Shown one piece after another: positions 8,904 through 16,442 of a DNA stretch of 58,265 nt (positions are counted from its first letter, which is position 1; every line of letters begins with the position of its first letter). Both the position numbers and the translations under genes were made by a program. This stretch comes from an uncultured Lentisphaeria bacterium (GTDB lineage: Bacteria > Fidelibacterota > UBA8477), in the NCBI GenBank assembly GCA_964543125.1, contig CAZIWX010000001.1, positions 1-58,265 of the forward strand. The letters are read 5' to 3'. A model generated the notes under the pieces. That model did no database searches, was not told the DNA's origin, and saw nothing but the letters and a program-made list of their open reading frames with translations.

Positions 8904-10886
8904 TTACTTAATGTAACTGATTTTCAGGTGTTCCGTCTGGTTGGCACTGGAAACACTGACCAGGTAAACACCACTTTCCACTGCCTGTCCTGAATCATCG
9001 CGGCCATTCCAGCGATAACGCCCGAACCCATCCAGTATGACCTCATCGGAATATACCTGCTGTCCCAGGCTGTTAAAAATTCGGATAGCGATTACCTGAC
9101 GGCGGGTTACCGTAATGGGGAAAGTTACCTGCCCGTTAAAAGGATTAGGGAAAGCCGGGTACAACAGAAAATCCTGTGGCAGGCCGCCGATTTCCGGCCC
9201 AATAGAAACTACCTGCTGAACTCTGCGGTACACCCATTTGTCCGGGTCGAATTGGATCGTGGTGGGAATAAACGGTAAATCCACATCAGTCTGCATGGAA
9301 CGCGAGTCATTCCAAACCCGAACCACTGTATCCCGGGTAGACGTGGCAAAGTGAAAATCAATGGGCATGGCGTAGGTTGGATAGGACGTAGCCTGAACCT
9401 GCTCAACATGCAGCGTTGTTTGCGAAGTAACACCATCCGTACTGCGGGTCTCGTACCACCATTGATACGATGGGCGGCCGCTCCCATAAATCCATTCATC
9501 AAAAAACCACTCCAGGCTGCTACCATAAACCGTTTCACAGACCCCCTGGAAATCGCTGGTTTTGACAGTGGCGTATTGAAATTCCTCCCGATATTGATGG
9601 AGAATATCGAAAAAATTCGAATCACCCACCACATGGCGCAACATGTGGAGTACCCAGGCGGCTTTGTCATAAACGATCCGGTAAAAAATGGAACCGACGC
9701 TTGAAGTATCAACCCGGAAAATCGATCCGCCAAAATCATTGTCTTTTGAAGCCATTTTGGAAAAATAGGCGGCTGTTCCATAATGTTGTTCCGCATAGAG
9801 CGCTTCCGAATAGGCCGCAAAGCCCTCATTCAACCAGATATGGTGAAAATCAGCGCAAGTGATCATGTCGCCCCACCACTGATGCGCCATTTCATGGGCA
9901 TTTAGATATTCGCCATTGCCGCCCATACTGGAGCCGGTTTGATGTTCCATGCCACCACCCCAGTTGAACTGGACCATCCCATATTTTTCGTTGGCAAAAG
10001 GATATTTACCAAACAGGGTGTTGTAAGCATCCAGCATATAAGCGGTTTGCGAGTGCCAATAAGTGTAGTACGCCGAATAGGTTTCCGGGTAAACCCAATA
10101 TTGAAGTTTCATGGAATCACCATCGGCAAAATAATACATATCCTGCCAAAAGCTGTAATTAGTGATCGCCAGGTGCACCAGGTAAGTGGCAATCGGGTAA
10201 TGATGCTCCCAAAACCAGGTTGTGGTGCCGTCGTGATTATTCAGCGTATCCACCAGCAAACCATTGGAAACGACGACCAATCCGTCGGGAACGCGTACCG
10301 TGACAGTCAGAGAGTCGGCTTTATCCCGGGGCGAATCTTTACAGGGCCACCAGGTGTGGGCGCCATAGGGTTCGCTTAAGGTGGAAATAATGCGTTGGCC
10401 GTTATGATAATCAAAAGCAAAGCCCTGAAACCCCACATCTTCCTGGGGGCGCCCGTGGTAGGCAATACCTATAGTGGCCGATTCACCGGCGTTGATGGAA
10501 TCAGTTAGCATCACAGTCAACAGCGAGCCGGTTTGGCTGAAACTCGCGGCATCGAGATAAACTGAATCCACGCTGAGCACAGCGGACAAATCCAGCATGA
10601 TCGTGTTCAAGCCGGCAACCTGAGCGGTGAGGTTTATTCGGGTCTGACCCCGGAGATCCTCATTTTCCGGATCAATATCAAAATAAAGATTATAACTGGA
10701 GACATCATAATCGAACATGGCATCATTGGTCACCGGCCGGGCCAAGGCACGCATTTCCAGCCGGTAATCGTCCACCGCTTTACAAATTATTTCGTCGTTC
10801 GGGGGTGCCAATGGCTGAGCCAGGATAATGGCAAACGGTAAAAAAAACAGGGCTACTCTGGAGTGAAAATGCATGTGCCGCCTCAC
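8904..10886 (-). CDS. M1-family zinc aminopeptidase with T9SS C-terminal sorting domain
   Basis: HEMAHQWWG...WLNEGFA zincin/gluzincin motifs and an N-terminal signal peptide. C-terminal ...FPNPFNGQVTFPITV...GVYLVSVSS...HLKISYIK is a T9SS CTD. Confidence 0.85.
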   Translation of the reverse strand: MRRHMHFHSRVALFFLPFAIILAQPLAPPNDEIICKAVDDYRLEMRALARPVTNDAMFDYDVSSYNLYFDIDPENEDLRGQTRINLTAQVAGLNTIMLDLSAVLSVDSVYLDAASFSQTGSLLTVMLTDSINAGESATIGIAYHGRPQEDVGFQGFAFDYHNGQRIISTLSEPYGAHTWWPCKDSPRDKADSLTVTVRVPDGLVVVSNGLLVDTLNNHDGTTTWFWEHHYPIATYLVHLAITNYSFWQDMYYFADGDSMKLQYWVYPETYSAYYTYWHSQTAYMLDAYNTLFGKYPFANEKYGMVQFNWGGGMEHQTGSSMGGNGEYLNAHEMAHQWWGDMITCADFHHIWLNEGFAAYSEALYAEQHYGTAAYFSKMASKDNDFGGSIFRVDTSSVGSIFYRIVYDKAAWVLHMLRHVVGDSNFFDILHQYREEFQYATVKTSDFQGVCETVYGSSLEWFFDEWIYGSGRPSYQWWYETRSTDGVTSQTTLHVEQVQATSYPTYAMPIDFHFATSTRDTVVRVWNDSRSMQTDVDLPFIPTTIQFDPDKWVYRRVQQVVSIGPEIGGLPQDFLLYPAFPNPFNGQVTFPITVTRRQVIAIRIFNSLGQQVYSDEVILDGFGRYRWNGRDDSGQAVESGVYLVSVSSANQTEHLKISYIK

Positions 10887-10973
10887 TAGTGTCCGGTAAA
10901 CGGTCTGAGACTCCTTTGAGTGGGGATAAATTATCCCGGCTCAAAGCAAATAAAACCAAAAGAGAATCAGACC

Positions 10974-11198
10974 ATGGTGCAAGTTAACACAATTCTACTA
11001 AAATTCCTCAGATTATTTCCGCGCTACGAATTTGAGAAACCGGGAAACCGTTACAATGCGAATCACCAGACCAAATATTTCAATGGCTGGCAACAGCTCA
11101 TTGTATTGTTGTTTACCCAAGGAGGCAGGCAGGCCAGTTTAAGAGACATAGAGACATCCCTGTCAGTCAATTATTTCAAGCGAGGCCCAATAAGCTAA
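10974..11198 (+). pseudogene. N-terminal fragment (about 75 aa) of an IS4-family transposase (DUF4372-type N-terminus)
   Basis: ...FPRYEFEKPGNRYNANHQTKYFNGWQQLIVLLFTQGGRQASLRDIETSL... matches the conserved N-terminal block of these transposases, which are normally about 380-400 aa. The ORF stops after 75 aa and no DDE domain follows. Confidence 0.6.
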
Positions 11199-11432
11199 TG
11201 TTGTGAGTTTTACCGTTAACTTTTTTATGTTAACCTCCTATTTGGAATTCATTGAAATAAATATCGATATTCCCATGTATTGAATTATCTAATAGTTCTT
11301 GCCAAATCAGAAATAATTTGTTGTGTGTTAATACTCTATAAAATTCAGAGAAGGAAATGGACTATTTGAAACATCTGTGGATGAGCCCCATGCTCCTCCA
11401 AATCGAAATGCTCGTCTCCGCGTGTATATATA

Positions 11433-11663
11433 TTAAGATAAATCTCGTTTCATTTGTTCATATTGCTCCCGGTTAATTTCACCACGGGCATAGCGTTTTT
11501 TTAAAACACCCAGTGCATTTTCCGTGGGTGGTAAATTATTTTGCTCGTCATGCCGCCGGCTGTTATTTACAATGGTCACAACTCCCCAGATGATCAATCC
11601 GAGAATCACTAGCCAGAAAATCCAGCCAAACCACATACCGCACCAGTCCATTCCATTCATCAT
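11433..11663 (-). CDS. SHOCT-domain small membrane protein
   Basis: One TM helix followed by the C-terminal motif LKKRYARGEINREQYEQMKRDL, which is typical of SHOCT. Confidence 0.65.
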   Translation of the reverse strand: MMNGMDWCGMWFGWIFWLVILGLIIWGVVTIVNNSRRHDEQNNLPPTENALGVLKKRYARGEINREQYEQMKRDLS

Positions 11664-11717
11664 TATATTTCTTTCCTCCCTTCAAAATATGGGTCATGCT
11701 TTTCTTTAATGATGTCT

Positions 11718-12245
11718 TTAAGAGATATCCAGATGGGCAGTCAATTTCACCGGATTTCGCAGGGTAAACACCACCGGACAGCGTGCCAGAGCCAGTTTTT
11801 CGGCTTCCTTGATTTTCTCTTCCGGTGCATCGCTTTCCACTTGGAGAATCACCCGAACCTCTTCCATGGTTGGCGCACTACCCACACCAAACACCCGCGA
11901 GAAATTCACATCGGCTTCCACCCGAGTGGTGAGTTTTTTTAATTTAATACCCAGCATGGCAGCCATGGTAGCAAATGTCCCGGTATAGCAGGAAGCCAGT
12001 CCGTAAAAGCAGTAATGCATGGGCCCCGGTTGTTTACCGCCACCGCCCATAAAGGTGGGATTATCCACTTTAAAGATTGTCTCACCGCCTTCGTAAGTGA
12101 TTTTAGACTGGAATTGCATATCGCCTTCTTCCAAAACCCACTCTCCCTGGATGACCTGCGTCTTACGGGCCGCCGATGGATCGGCTTTAATTTTTCCCTC
12201 AAACTCCTGAACCTTTTGTGTGTCAACATTGTTGAATCGTGCCAT
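11718..12245 (-). CDS. OsmC/Ohr-family (thiol peroxidase-like) protein
   Basis: 175 aa with an OsmC-like layout. Two Cys lie in ...PMHYCFYGLASCYTG... and there is a C-terminal ...LALARCPV... block. Confidence 0.7.
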   Translation of the reverse strand: MARFNNVDTQKVQEFEGKIKADPSAARKTQVIQGEWVLEEGDMQFQSKITYEGGETIFKVDNPTFMGGGGKQPGPMHYCFYGLASCYTGTFATMAAMLGIKLKKLTTRVEADVNFSRVFGVGSAPTMEEVRVILQVESDAPEEKIKEAEKLALARCPVVFTLRNPVKLTAHLDIS

Positions 12246-12320
12246 GATATTTTTCCCTTTTTTTAATTATTTTGAACTAATTAGACATCATATAATTATT
12301 AGATTCTTAACAATTAAAAC

Positions 12321-13268
12321 TTACCGGCCCATCATGTTCCCCATCATCAAGGCCCGAGCAGCAGCCATATCGATTTGCATTCCTTTAAATTCTTCTCCGA
12401 CAAACATTTTCCTCATTCCCATCATACCACCCATCATTCTTCCCATCATGCCCATCCCATCTTTGTTAGATGATGTTAGCTGTTTGATTTTAAATGTTTC
12501 CAGATAGTAACTAGTTGCCCAGATATCGTCCGGTTTTAACGCTTGTTGGAAGGGCGGCATGGGAGTTCCCTCTACTCCGATGGAAATTATTCGATACATT
12601 CCCTCCGGCGTGTTAGCGCGTTTCAACGGTCTTTCCGTGAGATTTGCAGGACGTATTGGATTTTGTTTGTAATCAACTAACATTTTTGCTAATGGACCAT
12701 CGCCTTTGCCTTCTTCACCATGGCAGCGGGCACAATTTGTTTTAAATATTCTTTCCCCGTTATTAATCAAAAGTGGGGCCTTATCAGGAGCTGGAGGTAT
12801 TGGAATACTTTCACCCATTTTCATATTTGGGGGGGATAGCGATAAAATATATTTTGCTACAGCATACATTTGTTGTTCATCTAATTGCAATTGGGGAAGC
12901 ATTGCGGTGGTGCGCACGCCTAATTTTAGTGTTGTTATCAAATCGTTTTCCGTGGGGCGGGTTCCATACGGAGTTGATTTAAATTTAAACGGATCGGTCG
13001 TAAAATCGGTAGGCTTGGTATCTAATCTATATGCCGCCGGACCATTGCCTTTTCCGTCCGCTCCGTGACAGGCAATACAATACTGATCAAATATCTTTTT
13101 TCCCGCATTTAAAATTGCAGTTTGGTTGGCATCACTTTTTATATACCTGGTAGTTCGTTCGTCTGGTTTTTGAGATTCTTCCGGATAGTTTCCATGTTCT
13201 ATCATAAAAAGTGCAAATATGGGGATTGCTCCGAGTAATATTATGCCTGAAAGTATCATTTTTTTCAT
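12321..13268 (-). CDS. Membrane-anchored dihaem c-type cytochrome with Met-rich C-terminal tail
   Basis: N-terminal TM/signal anchor and two CxxCH sites (CIACHG, CARCHG). Each is followed by ...G(T/V)..MP... distal-Met regions. The last 46 aa contain 15 Met. Confidence 0.8.
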   Translation of the reverse strand: MKKMILSGIILLGAIPIFALFMIEHGNYPEESQKPDERTTRYIKSDANQTAILNAGKKIFDQYCIACHGADGKGNGPAAYRLDTKPTDFTTDPFKFKSTPYGTRPTENDLITTLKLGVRTTAMLPQLQLDEQQMYAVAKYILSLSPPNMKMGESIPIPPAPDKAPLLINNGERIFKTNCARCHGEEGKGDGPLAKMLVDYKQNPIRPANLTERPLKRANTPEGMYRIISIGVEGTPMPPFQQALKPDDIWATSYYLETFKIKQLTSSNKDGMGMMGRMMGGMMGMRKMFVGEEFKGMQIDMAAARALMMGNMMGR

Positions 13269-13315
13269 TCTGAATTCTCCTTCTCTCCTCTAACAAGATA
13301 TTGAATCTTGTTCTC

Positions 13316-13906
13316 TTACACCCATCCGAACCGCATCAGCGTTTTATTGGCCCGCCAGGCGAATAGCGCCGCTAAAACAATCAAGCCAATGGTCAACAAT
13401 GGGGAAAATGTCCCGTAAACTTGCACACCTAAAATGATGGTGGTAATGACGATGAATAAACAGAAGGTAGCTAACCGCTTGCGCAGAACCCGGAACGGTT
13501 TTAACCGGACCGCGAAACTTTCCGGAACAGGTCCATCCGGTGTTACCTCCGCCATCCGCTTCTCAATGGCCGGCTGCAGGCTGAGATGAACATAAGAAAG
13601 CAGTCCCATCAAAACAAACAGCAAGATGGTCTTCAACAAAATCACCCAGTTTTCCCACAGCGCCTGAATACCCAGCGGACCAAAAACTAACAGCAGAAGG
13701 CCGGTAGCCAGCACGCTGGTCTGGAACACGTAGCAGCGCGCAGCGCCGCGGCGGATGATGTTCTCCATGTAACGGTCCGTTGCATAAACGAAACCGCCGC
13801 CCATCATCGTCCGCTCGTTTACCACAATTAAATTGAAAAGTGGAATGGACATGAACACAAAACTTATAATATGGAGAAACTTTAAAACATCATAAAAATT
13901 GTCCAT
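13316..13906 (-). CDS. Polytopic membrane protein, unknown function
   Basis: 196 aa with about 5 hydrophobic helices. Its ATG lies 12 nt after the TAA of the extended DsrE gene, and AGGAG sits directly behind that stop. Confidence 0.5.
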   Translation of the reverse strand: MDNFYDVLKFLHIISFVFMSIPLFNLIVVNERTMMGGGFVYATDRYMENIIRRGAARCYVFQTSVLATGLLLLVFGPLGIQALWENWVILLKTILLFVLMGLLSYVHLSLQPAIEKRMAEVTPDGPVPESFAVRLKPFRVLRKRLATFCLFIVITTIILGVQVYGTFSPLLTIGLIVLAALFAWRANKTLMRFGWV

Positions 13907-13918
13907 TGTAACTCTCCT

Positions 13919-14266
13919 TTAAAAGACTAAGGATTTTTCACTATCCTTTACCCAATTGGATAATGTATCCATACTACTTTTAACCACACCCTCTACCATA
14001 AGCGCCTGTGATACCCCACGGGCATCGCTGCAGGAGCCTCATGCGTGGACATTCGCTCCCCTTCTCAAAAGGCTTTTGATCATGCGGGCAATGTTATAAT
14101 AGCCACTGGGTGTTTTTTGATTTTCCTGGACGCAGGCCACGGCGTCGCCCAATAAAAAAACCTGCACTTTTTCCTCCGTTTTAGACAGCGCAAGTGCCAG
14201 TCGCAGGCCGTTGTAGGATCGTTCGGTTCCATAAGGGCCATCGTTTAATATGATCGTGATTATCAT
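13919..14266 (-). CDS. YchN/DsrE-family sulfur-carrier-like protein, putative selenoprotein (Sec at codon 76, TGA 14039-14041)
   Basis: The track ORF stops at TGA. The same frame continues as GSCSDARGVSQALMVEGVVKSSMDTLSNWVKDSEKSLVF* to TAA 13919-13921. This gives a 115-aa protein of normal family length, with U-G-S-C in place of the C-x-x-C of Cys homologues. A SECIS-like hairpin follows the TGA. Confidence 0.75.
14005..14034 (-). promoter_or_regulatory. Candidate bacterial SECIS hairpin
   Basis: Numbering is mRNA +1 = U of UGA. Lower stem: +8..+11 CCUG pairs with +34..+37 CAGG. Upper stem: +16..+21 GAUGCC pairs with +27..+32 GGUAUC, with one G-U pair. The apical loop carries G at +23 and U at +24. 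Confidence 0.55.
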
Positions 14267-14322
14267 TTACTATCCTTGTTTTACGATGAATTCTAAACTG
14301 AATCAAAATCAGGCTCAATCGT

Positions 14323-14982
14323 TTATCCTTCAACCGGCAAGCCGGCCTCTTTCCATTCCAGAACACCGTCTGCAAATCGAACCACTTTATAACCAGAATT
14401 CCTTAACATTTTTGCCGCTTCTACCGACAACACGCAATAGGGACCGCGGCAATAGGCCACAATTTCCCGGTCTCGCGGAATTTCCTCCATTCGATCTTTT
14501 AGCTCCTCTAAAGGGAGGGACAACGATCCCCGAATATGCCCTTGCTGATATTCCACTCGCGGCCTTACATCAATTACCGTTATCTCGTGATTTCGGAGGC
14601 GGTTCCACAACTCTTCGCGGGTAATCGGTTCCATTTCATCGCGCTCATGGAAAAACAACTTTGTAACCTCCCGGATTTCTGCATTCCGGTTTTCCGCCAG
14701 GGATTGAAGATTCTTCCAGCAATGAAACACATCACCATCTGCCAGACGATAAAAGATACGCACCCCTTCTCGACGATTTTGGATTAGCCGGGCATTCTTC
14801 AAAATTTGCAGATGGCGGGAAGTATTTGCGATAGCCATGCCGACTTGCCCGGCCAGGGAATCCACATCCCGCTCTCCTTGCGCCAACACATCAATCATTT
14901 CCAAGCGCCTGGGGCTGGCGAAAGCGTAGGCCATTTTAGCAAATTCCTGAAAAACCGCATCTTTGAATTCTCTGCCTGTCAT
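14323..14982 (-). CDS. ArsR/SmtB-family HTH regulator fused to a rhodanese domain
   Basis: N-terminal ...PRRLEMIDVLAQGERDVDSLAGQVGMAIANTSRHLQILKNARL... is a wHTH. The C-terminal rhodanese has the active-site loop AYCRGPYC. Confidence 0.85.
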   Translation of the reverse strand: MTGREFKDAVFQEFAKMAYAFASPRRLEMIDVLAQGERDVDSLAGQVGMAIANTSRHLQILKNARLIQNRREGVRIFYRLADGDVFHCWKNLQSLAENRNAEIREVTKLFFHERDEMEPITREELWNRLRNHEITVIDVRPRVEYQQGHIRGSLSLPLEELKDRMEEIPRDREIVAYCRGPYCVLSVEAAKMLRNSGYKVVRFADGVLEWKEAGLPVEG

Positions 14983-14995
14983 ATTCTCGAACTCA

Positions 14996-15017
14996 TATTC
15001 AATTCATTGATTGAATA
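14996..15017. promoter_or_regulatory. Palindromic operator candidate upstream of the ArsR-rhodanese gene
   Basis: Perfect 8-6-8 palindrome TATTCAAT-tcattg-ATTGAATA, starting 13 nt upstream of the ATG at 14982. AT-rich -10-like hexamers lie just beyond it. Confidence 0.45.
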
Positions 15018-15475
15018 GTATAATAATTTAAAAAACGAATTCAATAAAAACTTTTGGTAAGGATGCTTTTGAAGCCGGAGACCCTGGAAAATTCAATAAT
15101 ATTTTACTTTGAGGGAACTCTATAACCTGCTACAAATTGTAAACTCAAAAAAGGAGGCCTAAAAAAAATTGCCTTCTACTGTCCCGCAGCCCTTTCAAAT
15201 CTTTCTTCCAAAAAACTTAATATCCAAGTAATCTTAAACAAATGACATAAAAAATAATTGGTATTTAATACGGACTATGAAGGGTTAGCAAGGTCACCAC
15301 CGTGGAAATACCCTGCTCCACCTGACAATTGATCACCGTTTGAAAAAATCTCTTGTAATTGGGGGGGTATCTTACATTGATTTTGTAAAACCAAACTTTT
15401 GCGGATGAGGATATCACCAAGTGTGGTTTTCAGTCTTATGCACAAATTTTAATCCTGTTAAGGAAGGAGTTCGTT

Positions 15476-16442
15476 ATGAAGACCTATTACCGGTATTTAC
15501 TCGTTAGTCTGATCCCACTGATACCGGTGTCGTTTGGCCGGGCGTAGGTTATGCCCAATGCTCATCTCTTGAACCTTGTCGATTCCGGATATCACCAATC
15601 TCCGGTACAGGCTTTCGAGCCGGCTCCATTTACCAGTGATCAATATATCGATTTATTCTGCGTGCTAAGCAGCAACTCCTGGCCGTCTAGTCCAGAGGCG
15701 GTGGGACAAATTGTTAATCAGTCCAATAGCATATTCAACCTGTCTCTGTTTGGAAACAGTGCGGCACGAGATATTGCTTTCGGAGATATCAATCACGATG
15801 GACTGATTGACCTGGCAACCGACAAATATACCTACCTGAACCAGGGTAACGGGTATGATCCTAACCAAGTTCACTCCCTTGTAAATGGTGGTTCTTATGT
15901 AAAAACCGTTAAATTCGGTGATTATAATGGAGATGGTTATTCAGATTTACTGGTGCTTGAATCAATGAATCACGTAAAACTGTGGAGAAGTGATCACGGC
16001 GTTTATCATACCGCTCCGGATTATTTTTCCCAAGAAGGGCTTGTCTTCTTCGATGTTTCCCGGGATCTGGAGGTAGCCGATCTACACGGATTGGGCGGAA
16101 AAAGCGTCCTTATTTCGATTGACGGCGGTTACTACCAGTCTGGAGAAGGCCTCTACCAATTCGATCCCGTAACGGTAGATGCAGTGCCCGAGCCTCCCAA
16201 ATACCTGGTAATCAATGGCGCTGTAGGTAGGCATCCCCGGGTCCGGCAACGTCCGCTTCGAGATTTACGATGTCCGGGGGCGGTTGGTTTATTCCACAAT
16301 GAAAACCTACGAAGCCGGAATGCATGAATTCCGCTGGAACGGAACGAACAATGCCGGGAACTTACTGCCCTCCGGGATATATATCTGTAGAGTTATTAGC
16401 GGTGATCAAATGCAACTTGCCCGGCTGCTGTACACTAAATGA
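15476..16442 (+). pseudogene. FG-GAP/VCBS-repeat T9SS-secreted protein, inactivated by an in-frame TAG and a +1 frameshift
   Basis: ATG 15476 has the RBS AAGGAAGGAG and encodes the signal peptide MKTYYRYLLVSLIPLIPVSFGRA. An in-frame TAG (15545-15547) follows, then the 258-aa FG-GAP ORF of the track. A tandem GTAG|GTAG (16223-16230) shifts the frame. The T9SS CTD (...NVRFEIYDVRGRLVY...GIYICRVISGDQMQLARLLYTK*) is read in the other frame, ending at 16442. Confidence 0.7.

Noticed and set aside
15545-15547. In-frame TAG after the FG-GAP signal peptide as programmed read-through or pyrrolysine
   Set aside because: The same gene carries a second, independent frameshift lesion. Nothing in the window suggests Pyl machinery. 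Pseudogenisation or a sequence error is the simpler explanation.
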